Source: a virus (taxonomy: Duplodnaviria; Heunggongvirae; Uroviricota; Caudoviricetes). Taken from it: 48,082 nucleotides of DNA. Positions within the stretch are counted from its first letter, which is position 1, and the number at the start of each line of letters is the position of its first letter. Under the pieces are notes generated by a model that saw nothing but the letters and a program-made list of their open reading frames with translations, made no database searches and was not told the origin of the DNA. The translations under genes and the position numbers were made by a program. The stretch lies in IMG/VR virus record IMGVR_UViG_3300001199_000003, positions 122,537 through 170,618 of that record. One strand, 5' to 3'. Of the stretch, positions 26,439-35,139 are shown one piece after another.

Positions 26439-26978
26439 TCACCCCAAAAAAATCTGCAATGTTAAAACAGTCACTAAATCGTACAGAGAATGACAAATCA
26501 TCACTGTACCAAATCCTACTTCCTGACCTTTTTTAAAAGTGTACGGGACGTAAAGGCTTAAAAGCGCTGCAGCAATATATCCCTGATACGTATGGCCTAA
26601 TCCAAAAGAAATCATGACCATAATAACTGCTGCCCAAATTAAGAATTTCTTCCAAGCACTGTCGTTCCCTAAAGCCAAAGCAAAGACGGCTAGCGGGAGC
26701 CCATGACACATATCTTCCCAGAAAACAGTTAAAGTGGCTTGCCATGGAATGGTCATAGCTCCAGAAGTAAGACTCTGTAAAGCTTCACTTCCAGCAAAAA
26801 CTTTAAACATAACAATACGATAAACAGTCACAAGGCTTAAAAATACGCACCACTTCATGACTGGCTTCCATTCTACTCTCAGTAGGTTACGGTATTTAGA
26901 GCTATAAGCTGCAAACATCATAGACAGACCAAAGATCCAGAGTGGATACATCCTTAGAGCCATTTCCGCAAAAGTCAT
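26439..26978 (-). CDS. CPBP/Abi-family intramembrane glutamic endopeptidase (CAAX protease-like)
   Basis: Multiple TM segments. Motif 1 variant WEDMCH (canonical EExxxR), motif 2 SFGLGH, motif 4 CHSLYD. Confidence 0.75.
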   Translation of the reverse strand: MTFAEMALRMYPLWIFGLSMMFAAYSSKYRNLLRVEWKPVMKWCVFLSLVTVYRIVMFKVFAGSEALQSLTSGAMTIPWQATLTVFWEDMCHGLPLAVFALALGNDSAWKKFLIWAAVIMVMISFGLGHTYQGYIAAALLSLYVPYTFKKGQEVGFGTVMICHSLYDLVTVLTLQIFLG

Positions 26979-26985
26979 AACATCC

Positions 26986-28044
26986 CTATTGAGCGCTTAC
27001 CTTGAATGCGCCTGTGATTGCTTGGCTGATAACTGGAGCACCCAAGTTACCGATACCAAGGATTATACTTGTCATAATTAATACTGGTTGACCACCTTCG
27101 CCGCCAAGACTTACGAGGCCATCTAAGGTGATCTGCGTAGCTTTTATTTTAGCTAAAGCCTCTGCTTCAACCATAATCTGACTACCTTTAATAGATATAT
27201 CAGATTGAGACTTAACAGCTAGCTTCTGACATTCAAGTGTAGCAGATCCTGAGGCTTTTACAATCAAATCTACCATTTCTGCCGAAAAATTCTTAGTAGC
27301 CTTCATGGCAATGTTTTCTGTGGCAGTTACGTTGAAGTTTTTCTTGGTAGTGTTGGAAATATCATCATCTGCAGTAAGCGAAGCCTTGCCATCTTTGGCA
27401 AGTCTTTGAGTGATTGTTTTGTGTTTTATCTGAAAAGAGCCATCTTTTTCGATCCCAACAACGGTATCGCCTTGATTTTTGTCTAAAACTTTACCTTCAG
27501 AGTCTGTTGCGCCGCGAAATGTTAAAGTGGCAGATCCGTCTTTTTCTACTTTAATGTTTAGACCATTATATTCGCCTTCCAGACGTGGATCGGCATCTTT
27601 TAAAGTGGTTTTACGGTCAGGATGCGTCAAAGCAGAAATAATAATGCCCTTATCTGACATTCCATCTAGGCACAATAGAAGCACAATAGCTCCATCTTGG
27701 CCTTTAAGGTTGACTGAATCACCTTTAGTGGTCTTTTTCTTCTTAGGGCGCAATGTTTTTTCAAAAAAATCAGCTATAGATCCAAGCCCTTCAGAGGACA
27801 TGCAGTTTCTATAGAGAAGAGTCGTGCTTCCCTTATCTTCGTGCTGCTCTACGACCAAAACGTCGTACTCGGTTGTGAGTTTTGAGCGATTTTTATCATC
27901 CGAAACAGGATAAGTCGCGACTACAACACCAATACGCAGCGCATTGTTTTTGTAGGTCTTATTGAAACCTGCCATCATCGCATTAGCATTAACGTCCAGC
28001 AGTCCCGTAGGAAGAACCGCGCCATTGTTCATGACGTTACTCAT
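26986..28044 (-). CDS. Baseplate central spike (gp5/gpV-like)
   Basis: N-terminal OB-fold pattern LRIGVVVATYP...EYDVLV; repetitive beta-helix-like C-half (IKxEKDGS, NVTATENI); follows the hub gene. Confidence 0.8.
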   Translation of the reverse strand: MSNVMNNGAVLPTGLLDVNANAMMAGFNKTYKNNALRIGVVVATYPVSDDKNRSKLTTEYDVLVVEQHEDKGSTTLLYRNCMSSEGLGSIADFFEKTLRPKKKKTTKGDSVNLKGQDGAIVLLLCLDGMSDKGIIISALTHPDRKTTLKDADPRLEGEYNGLNIKVEKDGSATLTFRGATDSEGKVLDKNQGDTVVGIEKDGSFQIKHKTITQRLAKDGKASLTADDDISNTTKKNFNVTATENIAMKATKNFSAEMVDLIVKASGSATLECQKLAVKSQSDISIKGSQIMVEAEALAKIKATQITLDGLVSLGGEGGQPVLIMTSIILGIGNLGAPVISQAITGAFKVSAQ

Positions 28045-29918
28045 TATTTTCTCCCTCTATCGTCTGGAACTTTAGTTTTCTTATCGCCTGAGTTTCTACC
28101 GTTTGGTTGAGCAAATCCATTATTTCCAGCTGGAGGCCCATCTAAAGAGTCTGGGCGGTAAACAGTATCCTGATTCTCAGAAATTCCTGGCAAGATAGCG
28201 TCATTGTTATAATCTTGTTGACGACGTTCGTACCCACCTGGACTGTCCATCTCAGCATAGCGAGTTCCTTTAGAACTGCTTGACGTGCTTACTCCAGATG
28301 AAAGACTGATAGATGTTCTAAACATCTTACGCCCATCTTGTACAGAAATACTAGCAGTATGAGAAACTTCTTCAATGTGATAAACAGTATTATCTAATTC
28401 CAAATTGTCACCTACCGCTATTGGATCTACGATCCCTGCGGTTACAATGTGACCATTCATTTTGAGATGCCCACCAATCAAAGCATCGCCTACAATCTGT
28501 GCCCAAGCTGGACTTCTATATTCTTTATTATTAGTGGTTGGCTCATCGAATTGAGTAGTTACAACGTATGGACGAAGACCACTTCTTTGAACGTCAGCTA
28601 CATCATAAGCATAGTTACCCTTAGCGATCTCCATAGCAATATCGGCACCATTTACAGATACCGTAGATTTACCAAAATATTGAACAAAGTTAATGCGAGC
28701 AGCTTCATCTCTACCAATATCCTGCTCTAAAACTAAAGCAGTATCAATATTCCAACGTGGAAGATTTAAGAATTTAGTTACCGGCATCTTACCGGTAAAA
28801 TCTTCACTAGTAAAAGGAATTTGACGGAAAACCACGGTAGGCATCACTTTGCCTTCCGGTGAAACTCTGAAACATGTGAACATTTCGTTTAACGGAGAAT
28901 TAGTGTACTGATTCATGATTGCCCAGGTTTTAATCTGGTTCCAGTATTCTGGCTTCAAGAACGTATCGCCGCCGCAAGGCTGTTGAGTATAATAAATACG
29001 ATTAAATTTTTGAGTAAGATTTCCACCATTTGGATTCATACCGGCAGCCAAAGTCTGAGCTGATCCGGTTAAATAATTTTGAATACCGAACAAATGAACG
29101 TAGATATCTTTAGCAGCCTTAGCTGCTTTTACACCAAGTAGACGGCCTACAAGCTCTGGAATAAAAAAATGTACGTTAGGACTTTTTAAAGTCCCATTCT
29201 TTTCTAGACGACCTTCGTCAGTAATACCAGCGCCAATAAATGATTGAACCAAAGTAGCTATGACATCTTGGACATTTGTGAGGCCTTTGGAGTTGATCAG
29301 GTTAGCCCAATCACGGCCAATATAAGACGCAAACAAAAGTTGATTCTTAGGATCTTGATTTGGATCAACCAAATATGGATTGAAATAAATAGTATTATTA
29401 TATTCTGTGAAAGCATATCCGTTAATCTTGAAAAGAACTACTTTTGTTCCACTATTAGGATCAACCGATACAATACGACGAACGCCTTGAACCTTAAAGA
29501 TACCTTTAAATCCATCGTTTACGCCATTAATAGCTCTTCCCGCACGAGCGTTATCTGCTACGCGACGAGCATCTTTTTCCCAATTCAGCATGTTAACCAT
29601 AACGAAATCACCAGGAGCGATAGACGCTACGTAGTTCTTATCAGTCATCACAAGCGTTGCATTCATCGAAGGAGTTAGAGTGCCTTTACTTACGCTAGTC
29701 GTAACTTGTAAGCAGTCATTTTCTACTACCTCTGGATCGCGTACCTGTAGAGAGCCAGTATTGGAATCATCTGTTCCTAAAGTACGAAAAGTATCACGGT
29801 TCTGCCAACGAACAAAAGTGAGAACCCAGGCAGGACTTGTTTGATGTACGGCAAAATCTTCAGATCTATCAGATCCTACAACATTGACATATTTAGTAAA
29901 AGCCCTTGTATCAGCCAT
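28044..29918 (-). CDS. Baseplate hub protein (gp27/GpD-like)
   Basis: Between tape measure and spike; VFRQIPF and C-terminal GDNL.L....YHIEEVSH...F.TSISL hub motifs. Confidence 0.75.
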   Translation of the reverse strand: MADTRAFTKYVNVVGSDRSEDFAVHQTSPAWVLTFVRWQNRDTFRTLGTDDSNTGSLQVRDPEVVENDCLQVTTSVSKGTLTPSMNATLVMTDKNYVASIAPGDFVMVNMLNWEKDARRVADNARAGRAINGVNDGFKGIFKVQGVRRIVSVDPNSGTKVVLFKINGYAFTEYNNTIYFNPYLVDPNQDPKNQLLFASYIGRDWANLINSKGLTNVQDVIATLVQSFIGAGITDEGRLEKNGTLKSPNVHFFIPELVGRLLGVKAAKAAKDIYVHLFGIQNYLTGSAQTLAAGMNPNGGNLTQKFNRIYYTQQPCGGDTFLKPEYWNQIKTWAIMNQYTNSPLNEMFTCFRVSPEGKVMPTVVFRQIPFTSEDFTGKMPVTKFLNLPRWNIDTALVLEQDIGRDEAARINFVQYFGKSTVSVNGADIAMEIAKGNYAYDVADVQRSGLRPYVVTTQFDEPTTNNKEYRSPAWAQIVGDALIGGHLKMNGHIVTAGIVDPIAVGDNLELDNTVYHIEEVSHTASISVQDGRKMFRTSISLSSGVSTSSSSKGTRYAEMDSPGGYERRQQDYNNDAILPGISENQDTVYRPDSLDGPPAGNNGFAQPNGRNSGDKKTKVPDDRGRK

Positions 29919-32353
29919 TATTGACTCGCCTTACCTGACTGTTGCTGATTACCTTGACCTGACATTCTTTTCATAACATCTTCTACAGCCTTAAGAGTAT
30001 CTGCGTTTTTATTAGCACGAGCAGCTTCAAGAACCTGCTGCATTGCAGCTGCATTCTCACGAACTTCACGGGTCCAAGCTGCAGTGCTTTCTGCGGCTTT
30101 TTTCATAGCTGGAGCCATTTCATTAAAATTATCTAATACAACTTTAGAATCAGCTGCCATTGCTTTAACTGTTGCATCTTCCATGCGTCCCGAATCTCCA
30201 GCTAATTTCCCACCGATGATGCTTTCACGGCCAGCTTGTTTGCCAGCACCTGCTTCCGAAGGATTTACTGTACCTAGAGCACGAGCCATAGTTGTGCGTT
30301 GATCTTGATTACCAAGCTCTGTAGTCTGAAAAGCAGCAAGTTTATTAAAATCTTTTCTCATCTCTTCAGGCAAACTTGCGATATCAGCTTCTGATAGCCG
30401 TTCTTTACCCATTTTTTTCATACCGCTACGAATACGATCACGAATAGTATCTGCTTCTTTGAATCGAGAAACAGCCCCTTGATTAACACCTTTCATTTTA
30501 TTAATAACGTCTTCTGCAGAAATACCGGCTTCTTCCGCCGCAGCTTGAACCACAGGATGATCTGAGTTTAGCTGCTCTTCTGGCAATTGCATTAACGCCT
30601 GTTTTGTCATAGTAGAAACCTTGTTTAGGTCTTTATCTGACATCATACCAGCGGCACGCATAACACCGCGAGGGCCAGTAGTTGATTGGGATATTTGTTG
30701 ATATTGTTCATAGGCACCTTTAGCCGCAGATAATCCTGCTCCAGTGTTTTCTCCTACGAATCTTCCGAAACCGCCTGAAACGCGCTCAAAATCACTTTCA
30801 GATTTTGCTCCTGATCTAGAAACTATCTCGGCGGTCATTTGAGCAAATTTGCGGTTTTCTTCTGCAAACTTGGAATCATCTAAGCCTAATTTCATACCTT
30901 CGGCTAAAATCTTAATCGTGGCTTGCTTAGTAGACTCAGAAGATCCTAAGCCTCCAGATAACGTGCCAAGAATTCCGCCTGCGTTAGTCATATCAAGACC
31001 GCGAGACATTTGATTACCAAATGCTGAATCGCGAGACATGCGAGTGGAACCGCCTGCCCCTAAAATAGAACCAGACATTTCAAGACCCATCTCGCCAGTA
31101 AAACCTGCTGATATATTATTATTCAAGAAACCATTCTTACCATAGAAACCTTCGTTTCCTAAACCCATTTGACGTTGAGCATTTAAGTTTCGTTGCCAAT
31201 TCTGTTCGTATTCGCCAACTGCAGCGGTCTTAAATGGATTCTGTTTCTTTTGGCCCTCATAGGAAGTAGAATAATCGCTTACCATATCTTCAGCTAACAT
31301 AGAATTATATCTATTGCTTGCAGTTTTAGAAAAAGGACTTAAAGCAAGAGAACGCTGACGCTCATCGCCAAAAATATTCATCAAGCCTTTTCCAAGACCC
31401 ATTCCTCCACCGATTATAGCTCCTGGAACTGCTCCAACTCCGCCAAATAACGCACCAGCACCAGCTCCTCCAGCCATACCTAAGCCGGTAGTTTTAAGTA
31501 AACCCATACCCATAGACATTTTGTCTGCGTTTTGGTTAGCATTAAGAGTTTCTAAAGATTGGCGAGCAGCCCTTTCTCTTTCTGGAGCAAACATTTGCTC
31601 AAAAGCCGATCTGCGACCGTAAATATCTCCTACTTGACGACCAGTAGTACCTGAAACAGCTGAGCCCATAGCTCCTTCTGTTCTTACAGCACCCTTATTG
31701 AAGTCACGATAAGCCTCTGATCCAGCTTGGCCAATCATTCCGACAGTTCCTAAGATACCGCCTATTCCACCAAGACCGCCCATAGCGTTAAAAGCGTCGC
31801 GACCAGCCTGTCGATACATTCCTTGTTTCGCAAATCTTGCTGCACGACCAAAACCTTCTGGGTTCCTGCCTTTAATTTCCTGAGCTTGCTGCTCACGCAT
31901 AGCCTCTTTCGCGTCTAAAGACTGGTTTAGTTGCGCGTCGCGTTGTCGATAAGCTTCTTTTAATTGTTGTTGATTTTGCTCTGTACGCATGATCTTTTCA
32001 CGGATCTCAAGCTCTTCTTTTGATCCTAAAACGAGCTTTTTCTGCTCAGTGATCATTTGTTTAATAGATTCAGTACGTTGAGCGATGAATTTACCTAATT
32101 CTTTCTGCTGTTTAGCTTGCTCAGAAATCATTAAATCCAGCTCTTTACGAGCAGATTGGGTAGCTTTTTGATAAGCTTCCATAGATTGAGGCGACATTCC
32201 CCCAATACCATTCTGCTGAAGGCGCTGGGCAGTATTTTGCTGCAATCCCGTAATTGGCTGCGATACATCTTTGAGCTTTTTGACCATAGCCTCAATGGAC
32301 TTGTCAAAATCTGCAGTATTTAGCTTAGCTGAAAGCTCGAACTCTTTTTTCAT
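29918..32353 (-). CDS. Tail tape measure protein (811 aa)
   Basis: N-terminal ELSAKLNTADFDKSIE; long helical Q/A/K/M-rich body with Gly-rich hydrophobic segments; immediately upstream of hub and spike. Confidence 0.8.
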   Translation of the reverse strand: MKKEFELSAKLNTADFDKSIEAMVKKLKDVSQPITGLQQNTAQRLQQNGIGGMSPQSMEAYQKATQSARKELDLMISEQAKQQKELGKFIAQRTESIKQMITEQKKLVLGSKEELEIREKIMRTEQNQQQLKEAYRQRDAQLNQSLDAKEAMREQQAQEIKGRNPEGFGRAARFAKQGMYRQAGRDAFNAMGGLGGIGGILGTVGMIGQAGSEAYRDFNKGAVRTEGAMGSAVSGTTGRQVGDIYGRRSAFEQMFAPERERAARQSLETLNANQNADKMSMGMGLLKTTGLGMAGGAGAGALFGGVGAVPGAIIGGGMGLGKGLMNIFGDERQRSLALSPFSKTASNRYNSMLAEDMVSDYSTSYEGQKKQNPFKTAAVGEYEQNWQRNLNAQRQMGLGNEGFYGKNGFLNNNISAGFTGEMGLEMSGSILGAGGSTRMSRDSAFGNQMSRGLDMTNAGGILGTLSGGLGSSESTKQATIKILAEGMKLGLDDSKFAEENRKFAQMTAEIVSRSGAKSESDFERVSGGFGRFVGENTGAGLSAAKGAYEQYQQISQSTTGPRGVMRAAGMMSDKDLNKVSTMTKQALMQLPEEQLNSDHPVVQAAAEEAGISAEDVINKMKGVNQGAVSRFKEADTIRDRIRSGMKKMGKERLSEADIASLPEEMRKDFNKLAAFQTTELGNQDQRTTMARALGTVNPSEAGAGKQAGRESIIGGKLAGDSGRMEDATVKAMAADSKVVLDNFNEMAPAMKKAAESTAAWTREVRENAAAMQQVLEAARANKNADTLKAVEDVMKRMSGQGNQQQSGKASQ

Positions 32354-32380
32354 TAAAAAACACCTCTATATGCCCTAGAG

Positions 32381-32393
32381 TAAAGATTGCAGG
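32381..32393 (-). promoter_or_regulatory. Degenerate copy of candidate late-promoter motif (CCTGCAATCTTTA)
   Basis: Shares CAATCTT.. with copies 1 and 2; 27 nt upstream of the tape-measure ATG in a divergent gap. Confidence 0.4.
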
Positions 32394-32530
32394 TTAGCTC
32401 CACCCCAGTCATATCCTTTATATCAGATAAGTAAAATCCTTACTATTTTAGTCAACTATAAATATTGCTTGTTTTTTTGGCCAAAAAAGATTAGACTAAA
32501 TAAGCCAATTAGGGTGATCTTGGGGTAAAA

Positions 32531-32794
32531 TTGAATCCACAATACGTATTGCTATTTTTACACATATCTTTCCTAGTATTCATAGTGTGTTTAGCCATTT
32601 ACAAAATTGAAACTAAATTTCATCCATTTGGAAAAATGAAATGCAAACTTGGCTTGCACAAGAGAGTTCGCAAAGAATCCGACAAGAAAGTAAGAACCTA
32701 TCATTGTCAATTCTGCAGTAAGACCAAAAACCATCCTCAGCTTAAAATTGTCAACGGTGGCAAAAAAGATTCTAATTCTAAATTCAAATGGTGA
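32531..32794 (+). CDS. Small membrane-anchored protein with C-x3-H...CxxC (DUF1660-like) motif
   Basis: N-terminal TM helix; MKCKLGLHK...YHCQFC. Confidence 0.55.
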   Translation: MNPQYVLLFLHISFLVFIVCLAIYKIETKFHPFGKMKCKLGLHKRVRKESDKKVRTYHCQFCSKTKNHPQLKIVNGGKKDSNSKFKW

Positions 32795-32815
32795 TATAAT
32801 ACTAATGGAGGCACT

Positions 32816-33418
32816 ATGAACCCACAAGAATACGTTAAAAAAGTCCTAATTACTGAAAATCGAAGCTTAGCTACGCTTCAACCACGTTTTACTGCACTTA
32901 GAGCTATTCGTTTGCTACACGGAGGAATCGGTCTTTCTTCTGAATTGGAAGAAGCTCAAGAGATGGCAGAAAAACCTTTCATTGACGCGATCAACCTAAA
33001 AGAAGAAATGGGAGACCTTTACTGGTATTCCGGTGTCATCGTAGATGAGCTTCAGCTTAACCCAGACGAAGTCTTTAGAAACAATGAAACTGGGGCTCTT
33101 GTCACTTACACTGTCCAAGATCAACGTGCTGCGTTACAACATAATGTAAACGGAATGGTCAAATGTGTTGGTAAGATAAATGATTTCATTAAAAAAGGCA
33201 CTATTTACGGAAAAGAAATCGACGTAAATGGCGTTAAAGAAAAGCTTCAAGAACTTGATTACTACATTAACCAGGCTCTTCGTCACTATGGCCAAACAAG
33301 TCAAGGCGCTCGTGAACGTAATATTGAAAAACTTAAAGCACGCTACGGAGAAAAGTTTTCTGAAGCTGCTGCACTTGAACGTAATATCGCGGCTGAACGC
33401 GAAATTTTGGAGAAATAA
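32816..33418 (+). CDS. MazG-like NTP pyrophosphohydrolase with internal duplication
   Basis: SSELEEAQE and KEEMGDLYWY acidic motifs; NIEKLKARY..KFS..AA.ERN tail; extended -10 TGATATAAT and SD GGAGG upstream. Confidence 0.85.
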   Translation: MNPQEYVKKVLITENRSLATLQPRFTALRAIRLLHGGIGLSSELEEAQEMAEKPFIDAINLKEEMGDLYWYSGVIVDELQLNPDEVFRNNETGALVTYTVQDQRAALQHNVNGMVKCVGKINDFIKKGTIYGKEIDVNGVKEKLQELDYYINQALRHYGQTSQGARERNIEKLKARYGEKFSEAAALERNIAAEREILEK

Positions 33419-33419
33419 A

Positions 33420-33581
33420 ATGAAAATACTAATGATTATCCTGGCCCTGTTCGCTTTTACTGGATGCTCTTCTACGCCAAAAATTCTTATGAAGAATTGC
33501 GAGAAGCTTAAGAGTGGATTCTATGAATGTGAACATGTTGAAAAATATAGCCGAGAAAGAATTCACAGCGGAAGACTCTAA
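33420..33581 (+). CDS. Small lipoprotein (53 aa)
   Basis: Start re-assigned to MKILMIILALFAFTG-C (lipobox FTGC); two further Cys. Confidence 0.7.
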   Translation: MKILMIILALFAFTGCSSTPKILMKNCEKLKSGFYECEHVEKYSRERIHSGRL

Positions 33582-33583
33582 CT

Positions 33584-33610
33584 AAAAACCCGACGAAAGT
33601 CGGGTTTTTT
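33584..33610. terminator. Bidirectional intrinsic terminator
   Basis: AAAAACCCGAC-GAAA-GTCGGGTTTTTT between convergent genes. Confidence 0.9.
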
Positions 33611-33770
33611 ATTTGCGCTTATTTTTATATTTAGGCTTGGTTTTACCGTGCTTCCCACATCTCTTAGCGTTTTCGCCTCGATTTGGCTTACAGAACGAAC
33701 AGGAGAGCTGATTTCTACGCTCTCTGTTGTCTACTGTTGAATTGGTGTTTAGGTTTGTTTTTTTAGCCAT
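33609..33770 (-). CDS. Small basic Cys/His protein (53 aa): MAKKTNLNTNSTVDNRERRNQLSCSFCKPNRGENAKRCGKHGKTKPKYKNKRK
   Basis: Hand-translated, below the ORF-track cutoff. TAATG overlap with the Rrf2 gene; ends at the terminator. Confidence 0.7.
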   Translation of the reverse strand: MAKKTNLNTNSTVDNRERRNQLSCSFCKPNRGENAKRCGKHGKTKPKYKNKRK

Positions 33771-34108
33771 TATAGTTTGGTGTTACGGAACGCATCTAAA
33801 ATGTTTTTACGAAGAATAGCAGCTAAACTGGAATCTCCAAAATCACTATCTAGTTCTTGAAAACGTCCTACGGCTATAGCTACATTGTAGGCCGAAAGAT
33901 CTAATTCCTTATTTAAAGCATGTCCTCCGCCTGGACCACGCTTAACTATTACGATTCCACTAGAGCGCAAGTTTCTCATGATTTGCTCAAGGAAGCTGAC
34001 TGTAGTCCCAATCTCTGCGGCGATGTCGGCAGTGCGAACAAAACCTTCTCTTTTCTTTAATGCACTCACCGCATTAATACCAATTTCGAGTTTTTTATTA
34101 AGTTTCAT
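33770..34108 (-). CDS. Rrf2-family transcriptional regulator lacking Fe-S cysteines
   Basis: wHTH signature IAAEIGTTVSFLEQIMRNLRSSGIV..KRGPGGGH.L; no Cys in the protein; SD GGAGG. Confidence 0.88.
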   Translation of the reverse strand: MKLNKKLEIGINAVSALKKREGFVRTADIAAEIGTTVSFLEQIMRNLRSSGIVIVKRGPGGGHALNKELDLSAYNVAIAVGRFQELDSDFGDSSLAAILRKNILDAFRNTKL

Positions 34109-34157
34109 TTTCCTGTCCTCCTAAAGATATACTATACGTGTTCAGTCAACAATGCAA

Positions 34158-34982
34158 CTACTTTTTGAACTCTTCTACGTTTTCATCAATTAACAATTTG
34201 CGATACTGAATCCATCCACGGAAATTACCGGATCTAGATTCGTCTCCCATTGCAATAGCTTGATGCTCTGCAGGAGAAGCGTGAATAGGAGCTGATCCAA
34301 CTAAACGATCATAAAGTGCTTTGTCTTCTTCGAGTGTTGGCTTCTTACCTTCATGGTTCAAATACGACACACGAGCACAGCGAGCAACTGACATCTTAAT
34401 AAGATCCTGTTGAGGTAATTCTTGACGCTCTTCGTCGGAAACAAAAGGTAAGTGCATGTCTCCAATCTCCATTTGCTTTGGCGTGCTTGTACGAAACTCT
34501 TCGTACATAAGATCTGCTAAAGCCATGATCTCTGGTTGTGCCATTGGATGACATCTAAGAGCGAAAAAATTAGCGTAATCAGTGGCTGAGCAGACTACTG
34601 TAATATGGGAAAATGGCTCAAGAATTCTGTTAGCGTACTGCTTATGGACATCTAGGTCAGCAAGCATTTGAGCGTACTTAACCGCGTAACCCATAGCAGT
34701 TTCCCATGCGTATTGTGCGTTTTTTGAAGCTTGCTCATCTAGAGGATCTCCGCCTTGCATACCGGCTTTATTCCTGGTGAAGGCCAAAGGAATGACTGGG
34801 TTTTCGAGAACCATTTGAATTGATTTCTTCACAGGAATAGCACGCGACGAAGAAGCGTTACGTGAAAACATCCTGTGAGTCATAAACTCTGAATGAATGA
34901 ATCTAGGATAAGTAAGAACGAAAGTGGTTAAACGAGCCCCGCTAGGTGCAATGGAGTCTTCAACTATCTTTGCTTGAATCAT
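34158..34982 (-). CDS. thyX: FAD-dependent thymidylate synthase
   Basis: RFIHSEFMTHRMFSRNASSSRAIP (ThyX RHRxxxxxxxSxR-type motif); FFALR.H..AQPEI; H.SPAEH. Confidence 0.93.
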   Translation of the reverse strand: MIQAKIVEDSIAPSGARLTTFVLTYPRFIHSEFMTHRMFSRNASSSRAIPVKKSIQMVLENPVIPLAFTRNKAGMQGGDPLDEQASKNAQYAWETAMGYAVKYAQMLADLDVHKQYANRILEPFSHITVVCSATDYANFFALRCHPMAQPEIMALADLMYEEFRTSTPKQMEIGDMHLPFVSDEERQELPQQDLIKMSVARCARVSYLNHEGKKPTLEEDKALYDRLVGSAPIHASPAEHQAIAMGDESRSGNFRGWIQYRKLLIDENVEEFKK

Positions 34983-35139
34983 CTTTTTCCTCTTTCTTTG
35001 TGAAATTTTGATATGCTGTTTTACCGGCTAGGTAAACCGTGAGAGTTACAATTCCAAATGGAACTATCAACGCTGCGACCCACAGACCTCTAGGGAGAGT
35101 TTTAGCTTCATCGCGAGCGTCAGTAAGTATCTTTTTCAT
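34960..35139 (-). CDS. Small single-pass membrane protein (59 aa)
   Basis: Start re-assigned to MKKILT (TAATG overlap with def); TM LWVAALIVPFGIVTLTVYLAG. Confidence 0.55.
   Translation of the reverse strand: MKKILTDARDEAKTLPRGLWVAALIVPFGIVTLTVYLAGKTAYQNFTKKEEKDDSSKDS

Noticed and set aside
268-31000. Numerous 60-145-aa ORFs antisense to or frameshifted within structural genes (e.g. 3627, 10041, 19475, 23561, 29244)
   Set aside because: Shadow ORFs of long genes with biased codon usage; no SD, no motifs.
12121-32353. Extracellular contractile injection system / tailocin
   Set aside because: Linked nrdAB, thyX, tRNA, homing endonucleases and dense small early ORFs indicate a replicating phage; no eCIS ATPase or toxin cargo seen.
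33420-33581. o-spanin assignment for the small lipoprotein
   Set aside because: No adjacent or overlapping i-spanin, not Pro-rich, and co-transcribed with MazG.
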